Shown: positions 40,741 through 51,906 of the stretch, piece by piece
Layout of the letters: each line of letters opens with the position of its first letter
How positions within the stretch are numbered: position 1 is the stretch's first letter
Assembly (NCBI GenBank): GCA_030429345.1
Contig: JAUIFJ010000003.1
Span: 111,100 to 175,099, forward strand
DNA: 64,000 nucleotides
Direction: 5' to 3'
From: a bacterium
GTDB lineage: Bacteria > CAIWAD01
Program-made: the position numbers and the translations under genes
Notes under the pieces: model-generated
Database searches by the model: none
What the model was told of the DNA's origin: nothing
The model's input: only the letters and a program-made list of their open reading frames with translations

Positions 40741-41213
40741 TCCAGTTCATCCTCGGCGCGGGCCATCAGGTTTTCCAGCTGGTAGCGATGGCGGATCGGG
40801 TGCATCACCGCGTGCTCGAGCATGCTGTCGATGCTGTAGGGCGTGTCCCAGCCGCTGGGATAGGCCGGCGTGTAGAAAGCCTCCTCGTCGGCCTCGTGGA
40901 AGTGCTTGCGCCATTCGGCGAGCAGCTCCTCGATCCAGGCATTCAAGGCAAGCTCCTCCGCCTGCCGGGGAGGCGGAGGCAGGACCGGCTCGATTTCATG
41001 CAGCTGCCGGCAGCACCAGGCCAGGTAGCCTCGCGAGGCGCGCAGCAGGTGGTGGCGCAGGCTTTCCAGGTCGGCATAGTCCGGATCCTCGCTGGCCGGC
41101 AGCTTCAATCCACGCGCCTGGCATTCCTTCCAGGTGGCCAGGAAGGAACGCAATTCACGCTCATGCAGCCGGACCAGCGCCCGCGCTCCCCCGTACTTGT
41201 ACTCCGGGCTCAT
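40737..41213 (-). CDS. DinB/YfiT-like four-helix protein
   Basis: C-terminal LEHAVMHPIRHRYQL His motif. Confidence 0.75.
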   Translation of the reverse strand: MSPEYKYGGARALVRLHERELRSFLATWKECQARGLKLPASEDPDYADLESLRHHLLRASRGYLAWCCRQLHEIEPVLPPPPRQAEELALNAWIEELLAEWRKHFHEADEEAFYTPAYPSGWDTPYSIDSMLEHAVMHPIRHRYQLENLMARAEDELE

Positions 41214-41362
41214 CGGGACCCCCTTTTGGTTATGGAAGGGCACAAGGTAGGGCAGTGCTGCAACACACTTCGCGCGCCTGTTCGCGGGGAAGCGGGAACT
41301 GGAGAGAAGAAACCGCGGGCAGGGTCTTGGTTCCTAAGTGAACACTTCCTTCATTCTTCGCC

Positions 41363-42032
41363 ATGTCAGGAAAAGCCACACTCAACCAGAAAGAACGACG
41401 GGACGCCATTCTCAATGCGGCGGTCCGCGTCTTTTCCCGCAAGGGCTTCCACGCCGGCACCCTGCGCGAGCTGGCCGAGCAGGCCCAGGTCTCCGAAGCG
41501 CTGCTCTACCGCCACTTCCCCGGCAAGCAGGAACTCTACCAGGCGGTCGGGGAACACCTCATGCAATCCCAAATGGGGGATGCCACCATCCAGGAGAGGC
41601 TGCAGCAGCCGCCCTCCACGGAGCGCCTGGTCACCGTGCTGCGGCTCTTCCTGAAGAACTTCGTCGTACGCAGCGAAGCCGCGCTGATCCGCATGGTGGC
41701 CTGGAGCCTGCTGGAAGACGGGGACTTCGCCCGCGCCCTGGTGGCCGCGGTGAAGGATCTGCTCGAACAGACCCTGGCCCAGGACCTGGCCTGCGCCTAC
41801 AGCGACGGCGCCCTGCGCTTTCCCTGCGAGTGCGGCAACCATGCCCTGTGGTTCACCGATCACATCGGCTTCGCCATGACCCTTTGGCGCCTGCCGGATC
41901 CGGCGATCACGGTCAGCGACTGCGACTTCGACGAGCAGATCCGGCTGGCCCTGCGCTTCTGCCTGCGCGGCATGGGCATGGACGAAACGATCATCGACCG
42001 CTTTGCCCCTCTATCTAAGGACCAACAGATTC

Positions 42033-42040
<8 letters not shown>
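41363..42040 (+). CDS. TetR/AcrR family transcriptional regulator
   Basis: N-terminal HTH ILNAAVRVFSRKGF...LLYRHFPGKQELY. Confidence 0.92.
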
Positions 42041-43677
<1,637 letters not shown>

Positions 43678-43703
<26 letters not shown>

Positions 43704-43872
43704 GCTTGTCTGCCGGGACGCTTCGCGCTCGTGCGGCGTATACGAGCAGCAGAAGGGCGAAGAGCCCGTTGAAGGCCTCCCGGGCCAGGGCCTGGTCCTG
43801 CCAGGGACCGAGTCTCACGAGCAGCAGCCAGAGCGCCAGCGCCAGCCAGCTGCATCCTCTCAGCCAATTCAT
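43678..43872 (-). CDS. Small hypothetical membrane protein
   Basis: GGAGG RBS before ATG 43872; two hydrophobic helices; overlaps ettA 3' end by 26 nt. Confidence 0.45.
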
Positions 43873-43922
43873 CCAACCCTCCGGAAACGGGCGGGGGCGG
43901 TCCGGTGACCGCCCCCGCGTGT

Positions 43923-44255
43923 CTACATCAACAGAAACCCTGCCGCCAGGCCGGCGACGAAACACAGGGCGATGACCTGGTTCCTGGACAGCCTGTCCAG
44001 TCCGCCCAGTTCCTGCAGGATCGCCTTGCTGTAGGGACCCTGCTGCAGGATGTCCTCCCGCAGGGTGCGCTCCAGGCCTTCCGCGTCCAGGTGTGGATGG
44101 TCCACGAGCGCTTCGCGTCCCGCCGCGAGGACCAGCGGCAGGACCTGCTGCTCGAAGACGGCTTCGCTGCTGCCGTGGGGATGCGGGCTCTGTGCCAGAA
44201 GCGGAGCTGCCAGCAGCAGGAGCAGCAGCAGGCTTCGGTGAATCAGGGGGTGCAT
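43923..44255 (-). CDS. Hypothetical exported protein
   Basis: AGGAG RBS, signal peptide, C-terminal hydrophobic helix. Confidence 0.7.
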   Translation of the reverse strand: MHPLIHRSLLLLLLLAAPLLAQSPHPHGSSEAVFEQQVLPLVLAAGREALVDHPHLDAEGLERTLREDILQQGPYSKAILQELGGLDRLSRNQVIALCFVAGLAAGFLLM

Positions 44256-44263
44256 GTTTTCTC

Positions 44264-44905
44264 CTAGAAATAGCGTTCGCGCAGCCAGCGCCCGACCAGG
44301 TAGCCCGCCGAAGCGGCCGCTCCGCCGCCGGGCGAGACGAGGCTGGTGGCGATCAGGTCAATCGAAAGAGCCGAGTTGTCCAGGGCCCCCACCAGGTCCG
44401 AGTGCCGCTCTTCGGCGATGCTCCAGGTGGAGAGCAGGATCTCGTAGTGTTCGGGGAAGGTCCGGGCCACCTCGCTGCGGACCAGGTGGCGAGTTGCATC
44501 CTTGATGCTCACTCCCTGCCGCATCTGCGGCAGGAGCGTTTGGCTGGCACGCCAGACGGGTTCCCATTCCGCTTCGCGCAGTCCGCCGCGCTCCAGGCGC
44601 TCGAGCAGGCGCAGGCTTTCTTCCGGCAAGGGAATCCAGCGTCGCAGGTCCCGGTAGTCGAAGGGCCGCCCTGCCCGGGGACGGTATTCCCGGCAGGCCT
44701 GCTCCATGCGCTCCCAGTGCTGCTCCATCCAGGCGTGATGCCGATTGGCGGCCTCGCTCTTCCAGGGCCCGGCTTCCGAAGCCTCGGAGCTGGCTGCCAG
44801 GGGCGGAGCGCTGTCCGCTCCGCCGCCCGCTCCGCCGCAGGCCGCCAGGAAGGCCAGCAGCAGCGCGCCGAGCCACCCTGCGTGTGTGTTGTGTTTCATG
44901 TCCAT
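44264..44905 (-). CDS. Hypothetical lipoprotein
   Basis: Lipobox LAAC; C-terminal Gly/Ala-rich hydrophobic stretch. Confidence 0.7.
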   Translation of the reverse strand: MDMKHNTHAGWLGALLLAFLAACGGAGGGADSAPPLAASSEASEAGPWKSEAANRHHAWMEQHWERMEQACREYRPRAGRPFDYRDLRRWIPLPEESLRLLERLERGGLREAEWEPVWRASQTLLPQMRQGVSIKDATRHLVRSEVARTFPEHYEILLSTWSIAEERHSDLVGALDNSALSIDLIATSLVSPGGGAAASAGYLVGRWLRERYF

Positions 44906-45081
44906 GCCTCATGCTAGTCCGGGGAACGGGGTCGCCGGACAGGAAGGCAAGGATCGCTCCAGTTCCGCGGAAGAGACTCAAAGCGGAAAGGGGCCGAAAA
45001 GAGGCAGAACTACACTTCCGGACCGCCCGAGCTGTCAGGATGGATGACGGGACAGTCTTTCCACAGCGATGCCGGACATTG

Positions 45082-45110
45082 CTGACAAGGAGAGTGGAAA
45101 GTCGTATGCT
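45082..45110 (+). promoter_or_regulatory. sigma70-like promoter
   Basis: CTGACA-N17-TATGCT upstream of 45158. Confidence 0.4.
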
Positions 45111-45157
45111 CTTCAGGAACGGCGGCCACGCCGCCCCCACAATCCCGGAACCGCCTC

Positions 45158-47971
45158 ATGAACCCTGCCACCACGTCGACACGGATCCTCGCGATCCTGC
45201 TCCTTCTGTGTGCCACAGCCCATGCGGACATCCTGCAGGAAAGCGGCAGCCTGCGCGCCTTCATGGCCGGCAGCGAACCCGGCACGGCCTACGACAACTG
45301 GATCAGCCACGTCAGCGAGGGCATCGCCCGCCCCGGCTACAATGCCTACGCTCCCGAGTGGCTCGATCCGCAGACGAACGGCTTCGGCAGCTTTGAAGTC
45401 CTGGAGAACGAGGCGCGCAGGGATTCGGTGCTGGGAACCTTCCGGGAGCTGGCCCCGCTGCTGCTGCAGGGACTGGCCGCGGAGGCGGAAACGCTGCTGC
45501 AGGAGGGGCCCTTCATGGCCTACGAGCTGGTGGCCTTCGACGACAGCGAGAGCGGCAGGCTGTACTACATCCTGCGAGAAAGGCTCAACACGGACTATGT
45601 CGACCCCGGCCTCAGCCCCCAGCTGGCCGATGACGTGATCGGCAGCTTCGATCACGGCTGGGGCATCTATGTGTTCCAGCCCCTGGCCGAGCGTCCGCGG
45701 GCCATCGTCCAGGCGCCGCATCCCTGCGACGACTATCCCAGCCCCTATACTGCCCTGGCGCTCTTCCAGCGCCTGGACGCCGGCGTGCTGATGATCAACG
45801 GCGCGGGGCGCGAGGTGGCGCACAACGCCAGCGGCGCCTACAGCAACAATTCCAGTCTCTCGGACCCTTCCCGCAACTGCGAGCACCCCTTCCAGGCCGT
45901 GCACGAAAGCCTGGTCGACTTCTGGCAGGACCTGGGCCAGGATGAGCTCGTGATCCAGATGCACACCTACGACGACGCCAGCCACCGCGACCTGAAGAGC
46001 CTGGTCGTCGTAGGCGGCCGCAACAACCGCATCCACAATCCGCCGCTCTTCGACCCCGGCGGCGGCCGCAAGGGGCTGCTCGGCAACCTGGGACAGCCGG
46101 TCTTTGCCGCCGACGCCCTGGGCTGGCCGCACGCGGAATGGCCGCTGCAGGAATACATGGCCTCCAACGCGCTCTATCCCGTATACGTGGACGGCGGCAT
46201 TCCCGACTCGCTGATCCGCATTCCGACCTCGGCCAGCCTTTGGGGACACCCCGGCAGCTGCCAGTTCAATTACATCTATCCCGAGAGCGGCGAAGACTAT
46301 CCGGAATGCAACGGCGTCGAGCGGGCGCTGCACGTGGAAATCGACGAGCTGCCGACCCCGGCCCACGAAGAGGGCTTCGATGCCTTCTACGCGCTGGGTG
46401 ACACCAGCGTCGCCGTCTGGGAGCACTTCGTCCACCACCTGGCCTTCAGCCAGCCCTTCTTCGAGAGCCTGGTCGAGGCCCACGACAGCCTCGGCGTCTT
46501 CGAGGACCTGGAAGGCCCGACGACCCCTGAAGACCTGGCCCTGCGCGGATTCACCGCCAGCAGCCTGCGCATCGGCTGGACGCCGAGCCGCTCGACCTGG
46601 TTCGGCAGCTACGAGGTGCTGATCGACACGGGCAGCGTGATCGGCCCGACGCCGGAAGTGCGGGACCTGGAAGTGCACGAGGAGCTCTGCTGGCCGGGCA
46701 CGCGGCTGGTCTGGATCGACGGTCTCGAGCTGGGGCAGGTCTACACCCTGGCCCTTCGCGCGCGGGACAGCCAGGGCCGCAGCAGCGACCTGAGCAATGC
46801 GGTCAGCGGCATGCCCGACGACCTGGATCCGCCGGAGATCGTCGTGCCCCGGCAGCCGGCGGCCTTCGGCGGCACTCCGCCGACCCTGCTGGCGCGCATC
46901 CAGGACGAGACCGGCGTCTCGCTGGCGCAGCTGGAGTGGAGCCTGGACGAGGTCGAATGGGCGAGCTACGTGATGGAGCTTTCCGGCGGCACCTTGTATA
47001 CGGCGGAACTGCCGGCGCTGGAGGCGGGCATGACGGTGTATTACCGCGTTCTGGCCACCGACCAGTCGGGCAACGACAACAGCGCCCAGAGTCCCGTATA
47101 CAGCCTGACTGTGCTGCAGGACCTGATGGCGCTGGATTTCGAGGAGCCCGGCGATTTGTGGCACGAAGCCATCGGCACCGCGATCGACCAGTGGCACCGG
47201 AGCACGGAGGACTCCTGGGACGGCGCGACCAGCTGGAAGTTCGGGGACACGGGAGCGGGGAACTACGCCGACGATGCCGGCGGCTGGTTGTATACACCGC
47301 AATGGGTCGTGCCGGTGGGCGCGGTCGAGCCCGCCCTGCAGGTGCTGCTGCGCGTGGACGCGGAGGCCTCCGCCAGCCAGCCCGACAGCTGCTATGACGG
47401 CCTCGTGATCCAGCAACGGCTGGAAGAGGGCGAATGGGACACCTGCGAGTTGCTGCCCGGCTGGACCCATTTCCTGCGCGGCGGCAGCGACGTGGTTCTC
47501 GACTGGCCGCAGGCCATGCTCAGCGGCTCGCAGGACTGGCAGCCCTGGACCCTCTCGCTTCCGGAAGACACGCGCCGCCTCCAGCTGCGTTTCGGCTTCG
47601 TCTCCGACGGCAGCGTCAACGCCGAAGGCATCTACCTGGATGCCCTGCGCCTGGGAGCGCAGATTCCGGAGAACCCGGCGACGGCCACCGAACTGCGGCT
47701 GAGCCTGCTTCCCGGCCATCGCCTCGAGTTGTCCTGGCTGCCGGTCTGGCAGGCGGAAGGCTATCGCCTCTACCACAGCGCCGAGGCCTATGGCGGGCCG
47801 GGCGAGATCTTCCACGAAACCACGGACACGGAACTCCTGCTGGACCTGGACTGCTGCACGGAGCAGCAGTTCTATCGCGTGGAAGCCCTGCTTCCTCCTG
47901 CCCGCATTCTTCGCCCCGCGGCAGGCCCCCGGCAGCGCAACCGGGACACTTCCGCAAGCTGGAAACCCTAG
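45158..47971 (+). CDS. Large secreted multidomain protein (hydrolase-like N-domain, FN3, Ig-like, jelly-roll, C-terminal beta domain)
   Basis: Signal peptide; QAPHPCDD and IQMHTYD His motifs; FN3 PTTPEDL...YTLALRARD; LRFGFVSDGSVNAEGIYLD. Confidence 0.8.
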   Translation: MNPATTSTRILAILLLLCATAHADILQESGSLRAFMAGSEPGTAYDNWISHVSEGIARPGYNAYAPEWLDPQTNGFGSFEVLENEARRDSVLGTFRELAPLLLQGLAAEAETLLQEGPFMAYELVAFDDSESGRLYYILRERLNTDYVDPGLSPQLADDVIGSFDHGWGIYVFQPLAERPRAIVQAPHPCDDYPSPYTALALFQRLDAGVLMINGAGREVAHNASGAYSNNSSLSDPSRNCEHPFQAVHESLVDFWQDLGQDELVIQMHTYDDASHRDLKSLVVVGGRNNRIHNPPLFDPGGGRKGLLGNLGQPVFAADALGWPHAEWPLQEYMASNALYPVYVDGGIPDSLIRIPTSASLWGHPGSCQFNYIYPESGEDYPECNGVERALHVEIDELPTPAHEEGFDAFYALGDTSVAVWEHFVHHLAFSQPFFESLVEAHDSLGVFEDLEGPTTPEDLALRGFTASSLRIGWTPSRSTWFGSYEVLIDTGSVIGPTPEVRDLEVHEELCWPGTRLVWIDGLELGQVYTLALRARDSQGRSSDLSNAVSGMPDDLDPPEIVVPRQPAAFGGTPPTLLARIQDETGVSLAQLEWSLDEVEWASYVMELSGGTLYTAELPALEAGMTVYYRVLATDQSGNDNSAQSPVYSLTVLQDLMALDFEEPGDLWHEAIGTAIDQWHRSTEDSWDGATSWKFGDTGAGNYADDAGGWLYTPQWVVPVGAVEPALQVLLRVDAEASASQPDSCYDGLVIQQRLEEGEWDTCELLPGWTHFLRGGSDVVLDWPQAMLSGSQDWQPWTLSLPEDTRRLQLRFGFVSDGSVNAEGIYLDALRLGAQIPENPATATELRLSLLPGHRLELSWLPVWQAEGYRLYHSAEAYGGPGEIFHETTDTELLLDLDCCTEQQFYRVEALLPPARILRPAAGPRQRNRDTSASWKP

Positions 47972-48624
47972 GACTTGCTCGAAGCGACGGAGTCGTCCTG
48001 CCAATGGCTGATGCGCCATAGATAGAGGCTGGCCACGCTCCGGTAGGGGGCCCAGACCGCGGCGCGCAGCTCCGCCTCTTTCGGACGGATGCTCTCGCGC
48101 CCGTCGACCCGGCAGAGGCCGGCGCGCAGGGCCAGATCGTCCCCGCTGAAGATGTCCGGCCGCCCCAGCGAGAAAAGCAGGAACATCTGCGCCGTCCAGC
48201 GGCCGATGCCGGTGACGGCCGTCAGGGCCTGGATAATTTCTTCCTCCCCGCTGCGCGAGAAGACCATTCCCTTGATCGGCGGCTTCCGCCAGGCCTCGGC
48301 CAGGGCGCGCAGGTAGCGCCGCTTCTGGCGACTGATTCCCGCCCCCTGCAGCGCCTCGTCTTCCAGCCGATCGAAATCCTGCGGCTTCGGCCGCCCGGGC
48401 GCATCGCAGAGCTCGAAGCACTGGCGGATCATGCTCGCCGCCGCCTTGTTCGAGACCTGCTGGGCAATGATCGCCCGGCAGAGCGCGCGGAAAAGCGGCC
48501 GCTGGGGGCGGTACTCCAGCGGGCCGATCCGCGCGAACCAGGGCTTCAGCTTCGGGTCCCTTCTTCCCAGTTCCCTCAGCACCTCTTCAGGAATGCGGCC
48601 TTTCTTCAGGAGTGTCTCGCTCAT
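47968..48624 (-). CDS. DNA-3-methyladenine glycosylase II (AlkA/HhH-GPD family)
   Basis: IIAQQVS, HhH LTAVTGIGRWTA, WAPYRS. Confidence 0.92.
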   Translation of the reverse strand: MSETLLKKGRIPEEVLRELGRRDPKLKPWFARIGPLEYRPQRPLFRALCRAIIAQQVSNKAAASMIRQCFELCDAPGRPKPQDFDRLEDEALQGAGISRQKRRYLRALAEAWRKPPIKGMVFSRSGEEEIIQALTAVTGIGRWTAQMFLLFSLGRPDIFSGDDLALRAGLCRVDGRESIRPKEAELRAAVWAPYRSVASLYLWRISHWQDDSVASSKS

Positions 48625-48764
48625 GGTCTGTGTTCCCTCGATGTGGGCATTTGCCCCTGAGTGGCCGGCTCAGATCCACCACTGTCTTCGGCGGCTGAAA
48701 CTCTGCACGGATTTCCGAATCGCAAGGCTCAATAGAAACAGCATCTTGTCTGGATAGACATTTC

Positions 48765-48780
48765 TGGCACGACAAATGCA
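48765..48780 (+). promoter_or_regulatory. sigma54 promoter
   Basis: TGGCAC-GACAA-ATGCA 45 bp upstream of the start codon. Confidence 0.6.
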
Positions 48781-48824
48781 ATCCCTCTTCCCGAATGCAA
48801 AACCTGCAACGGGAAGGACAAACA

Positions 48825-49466
48825 ATGCGCGACAAGAAAAGGAAACTCCTGGTTCTGATCGGCCTGGGCCTTCTCGGCAGCCTGATCGGCTGTTCCAATG
48901 AAGGCACCGCCCCCCAGGACACGGAGATTACCTATACCGCGGACCAGATCGAGTTCATCAATCCGATGGAGATCAGCAAGGACCTGCCGACGGCGGGCGG
49001 ATCCCGCTTCGGAGGAGGCTCGGGCGAACCGGCCGTCTTCTTCCCCTGGATGCCGGACGCCGTGCGCTTCATGCTGAACCCGGGCGAGAACACGAGCATC
49101 GACCAGAACTATTTCAAGTTCCGCGCCATGGGAGACGCGGTCGAGCAGCCGACCTTGATCCAGGGCATCTGGCTCGGGCCACGCGGCATCTGGGGCTATG
49201 ACATGAGCCCGCACGGAATGAATTTCAATTCGCCCGTGCAGTTCATGATCGATGTGTCGCCGCTGCTGGCCCTGGACCTGCCGCAGGATCGCCTGCTGAT
49301 GCTCCACGACAACGAGGACGGCACCTTCGTGCCCGTCCAGGCCGAGATCGTGCCCTACGATTCCGCGGAAAACAATTCGCGCTACTTCATGCGCGGCACA
49401 CTGAACCACTTCTCGAAGTACGTCATCGGCATCGGGCCCCCGCCCGGCGGCCAAGGCGACAACTAA
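48825..49466 (+). CDS. Lipoprotein with ZU5/GAIN-like HFS domain, paralog 1
   Basis: Lipobox LIGC; GYDMSPHGMNFNSPV; C-terminus LNHFSKYVIGIGPPPGGQGDN. Confidence 0.85.
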   Translation: MRDKKRKLLVLIGLGLLGSLIGCSNEGTAPQDTEITYTADQIEFINPMEISKDLPTAGGSRFGGGSGEPAVFFPWMPDAVRFMLNPGENTSIDQNYFKFRAMGDAVEQPTLIQGIWLGPRGIWGYDMSPHGMNFNSPVQFMIDVSPLLALDLPQDRLLMLHDNEDGTFVPVQAEIVPYDSAENNSRYFMRGTLNHFSKYVIGIGPPPGGQGDN

Positions 49467-49526
49467 GCCCATCCTCATCCTGTGCTGCGGGGCGAAGGCC
49501 GAAAGGTCTTCGCCCCGATCCTTTTT
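49463..49526 (+). terminator. Duplicated 64-bp 3' element with terminator hairpin, copy 1
   Basis: CTAAGCCCATCCTCATCCTGTGCTGCGGGGCGAAGGCCGAAAGGTCTTCGCCCCGATCCTTTTT. Confidence 0.85.
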
Positions 49527-49694
49527 CAGGCAGCCGCCGCCCCTCTCTCTTTCTGCAGGGTTTCATCTGCCAGGAAAGGCTAGCCCCCAATTGGTGCAAT
49601 TCCACTCCCTGGCGGCGCAATTCCCCCAAGCCCCCCGAGCAAACTCTTCGCCCAATCAAGGCTATGCTATTGTTTTCACTTTATCTGTAATTTT

Positions 49695-49710
49695 TGGCAC
49701 AATACCTGCG
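49695..49710 (+). promoter_or_regulatory. sigma54 promoter
   Basis: TGGCAC-AATAC-CTGCG preceded by an AT-rich tract. Confidence 0.6.
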
Positions 49711-49738
49711 TTTCCCGCAGCATCAACTAGAGGCATAC

Positions 49739-50323
49739 ATGAAACGGCAATCCGCAACTCACTGGTTCGCCACAACGCTTATCGCCCTGCTCATCGGCTG
49801 CTCGCAAAGCCCGGTGGTCGAAGAGTCCGAAACGACGGTCTACCAGGCCGGAGAAATCGATCTGCTGCAGATCGATACCCTTCCCCAGGACAAGGCCGCG
49901 ACGGTCTTCGACGACGACTTCGATCCCTTCCAGCCCTACACGGTCAGCTTCCTGCTGGAGGCTTCTGATCGCCTGCGCCTTGAAGAGCATGCTCTGGGGT
50001 TCTACGCGGCCCGCAACAGCGTGGCGCAGGACACGGAGATCGACGGCCGCTGGCTGGGCCCGGAGGGCCACTTCGGCTATGACATGCAGCCCCACGGGCT
50101 GAACTTCAATCGCCCGGTGCGCTTCACGATCGATGTGCAGTGGGTGCTGGATCTGGGAATCTACGATCCTTCCCGGCTGGTCCTGCTGTTGGACAACGAG
50201 GACGGCACCTATAACCTGATTCCCAGCAACCTGCGCAGCGGTAACATCCGCGCCATGCTGCATCACTTCTCGAAGTATGTCATCGGCATCGGGCCGCCTC
50301 CGAGCGGGAACGGCCACCGCTAA
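49739..50323 (+). CDS. Lipoprotein with ZU5/GAIN-like HFS domain, paralog 2
   Basis: Lipobox LIGC; GYDMQPHGLNFNRPV; C-terminus LHHFSKYVIGIGPPPSGNGHR. Confidence 0.85.
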   Translation: MKRQSATHWFATTLIALLIGCSQSPVVEESETTVYQAGEIDLLQIDTLPQDKAATVFDDDFDPFQPYTVSFLLEASDRLRLEEHALGFYAARNSVAQDTEIDGRWLGPEGHFGYDMQPHGLNFNRPVRFTIDVQWVLDLGIYDPSRLVLLLDNEDGTYNLIPSNLRSGNIRAMLHHFSKYVIGIGPPPSGNGHR

Positions 50324-50383
50324 GCCCATCCTCATCCTGTGCTGCGGGGCGAAGGCCGAAAGGTCTTCGCCCCGATCCTTTTT
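50320..50383 (+). terminator. Duplicated 64-bp 3' element with terminator hairpin, copy 2
   Basis: Identical to 49463-49526. Confidence 0.85.
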
Positions 50384-50839
50384 TATTCGACAGCTTCCCG
50401 AGGTTCCTGACAAGGCGGCATACCTCCTCGCCGGGATCCGGGCGAATTATTCTTCCGTATACATCTGTATCCTGATCGGCTCCTTCCTTGATCCGAACTC
50501 CCGGCCGAGTGCGCCGGCTTTGAAAGCGACGTCCGGCCACGGACGGATCCCCGCCAGTGGAACCTTTCCAGTCCCCCGGAAGAAGAACACCGCTATTCAT
50601 AGGGCAGCAAGAATTTTTCAGACCTCCTGAACCCCCGCTCATGGCTGTCGCTGACGCCTCCTGCCATTCGCACTCTGGAATATCCTGCTTCAACTCGCAC
50701 CCGGCGGACCGATTCTGAACGCTTGCAGGGGAATCCAGCTTTGCAGACCGTTGAGATCCCTTCGTCGATGCCCTTTCCCCCGGCCTGGCCAGGCCCTTGC
50801 CAGGATTTGCCTGTAAATGCCAACTAATGACAAAAGGGC

Positions 50840-50868
50840 TTGCGACTCACCGCCGGAGACCAGATAAT
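50840..50868 (+). promoter_or_regulatory. sigma70-like promoter followed by a structured leader
   Basis: TTGCGA-N17-GATAAT; downstream hairpins. Confidence 0.45.
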
Positions 50869-50993
50869 AAAGGACTGGCGGGACATTCCCCTTCCCCCTT
50901 GGAGAGTGTCTCACATTTGCCAGGAATGCCAATTGGAACCCGGGCGCCGGCCCCCCCGGCGTCCGGGTTCCGGTACACAGAAAGGAAAACCCC

Positions 50994-51590
50994 TTGAAAA
51001 CACTCACCCGCCTCCTTCTGCTGCCGCTAGGTCTTGGACTGCTGGCTTCCTGCTCGACGCAGGATGGCACCGCCCCCACGGATGAACGCACGACCATCGA
51101 CGCGAACCAGGTCCGCCTGGTCAATACCTTCGACCTGCTGGCCAAGGCCGATCGCATCGCCAGCGGCAACCTGACCACAGATGCCCAGCATGACTTCGAG
51201 CTGGACAATGCCAGTCTGTCCACCTTCAGTGACGGCTTCCTCAGCTTCAAGGCCGAAGCCGGCAGCCTGCCGGAGGCCGATGTGGCGATCCACGCCGACT
51301 GGATGGGCGAAGACGGCTATTTCGGCTACGACTTCGGACCGGACGGCTACCAGTTCAGCCAGGGCGTCGAGGTTTCCTACAAGGTCGACGCCATCGTCGC
51401 CGCCGGCCTGCTGGAAGACGGCAGCCAGCTGAAGCTCTACTGGGACATGGAAAACGGCCACTTCGAGGAAGTGCCCGCCGACCTGGTGTTCGACGAGGAC
51501 GGATCGGCCCGCCTGCAGGCGACCCTCTACCACTTCTCGAAGTGGGTCATCGGCATCGGACCTCCTCCCGGCGGTGAAACCGACGACTAG
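50994..51590 (+). CDS. Lipoprotein with ZU5/GAIN-like HFS domain, paralog 3
   Basis: AGGA RBS, TTG start, lipobox LASC; GYDFGPDGYQF; C-terminus LYHFSKWVIGIGPPPGGETDD. Confidence 0.85.
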   Translation: MKTLTRLLLLPLGLGLLASCSTQDGTAPTDERTTIDANQVRLVNTFDLLAKADRIASGNLTTDAQHDFELDNASLSTFSDGFLSFKAEAGSLPEADVAIHADWMGEDGYFGYDFGPDGYQFSQGVEVSYKVDAIVAAGLLEDGSQLKLYWDMENGHFEEVPADLVFDEDGSARLQATLYHFSKWVIGIGPPPGGETDD

Positions 51591-51614
51591 GCCGTATCTG
51601 ATCAAAAAGAACAA

Positions 51615-51650
51615 GGCCCCGCATCCGGTGGATGCGGGGTCTTTTCTCTC
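51615..51650 (+). terminator. Intrinsic terminator
   Basis: GGCCCCGCATCC-GGT-GGATGCGGGGTC TTTT. Confidence 0.75.
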
Positions 51651-51719
51651 GGGGGGGGGCAATTTCGTGTTGTCGGAAAAGGGGACGCGCCCTCATCGAC
51701 GGGGGGACGACCTCTTCTG

Positions 51720-51906
51720 GTTTGATTACCGAATTGGGTTGGTTACCGAATCTGGTTTGGTTACCGAATTGGATCGGGTCACCGAATCGGGTTGGTCACC
51801 GAATCGGGTTGGTCACCGAATCGGGTTGGTCACCGAATCGGGTTGGTCACCGAATCGGGTTGGTCACCGAATCGGGTTGGTCACCGAATCGGGTTGGTCA
51901 CCGAAT
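51720..51906. repeat. 17-bp tandem repeat (ACCGAATCGGGTTGGTC) x11
   Basis: Directly visible; first three units degenerate. Confidence 0.95.

Noticed and set aside
49463-50383. Duplicated 3' hairpins as integron attC sites
   Set aside because: No RYYYAAC/GTTRRRY core sites, no IntI, and the genes have their own promoters
50400-50830. Possible gene in the gap between lipoprotein paralogs 2 and 3
   Set aside because: No ORF with host-like codon usage, RBS or recognisable motif
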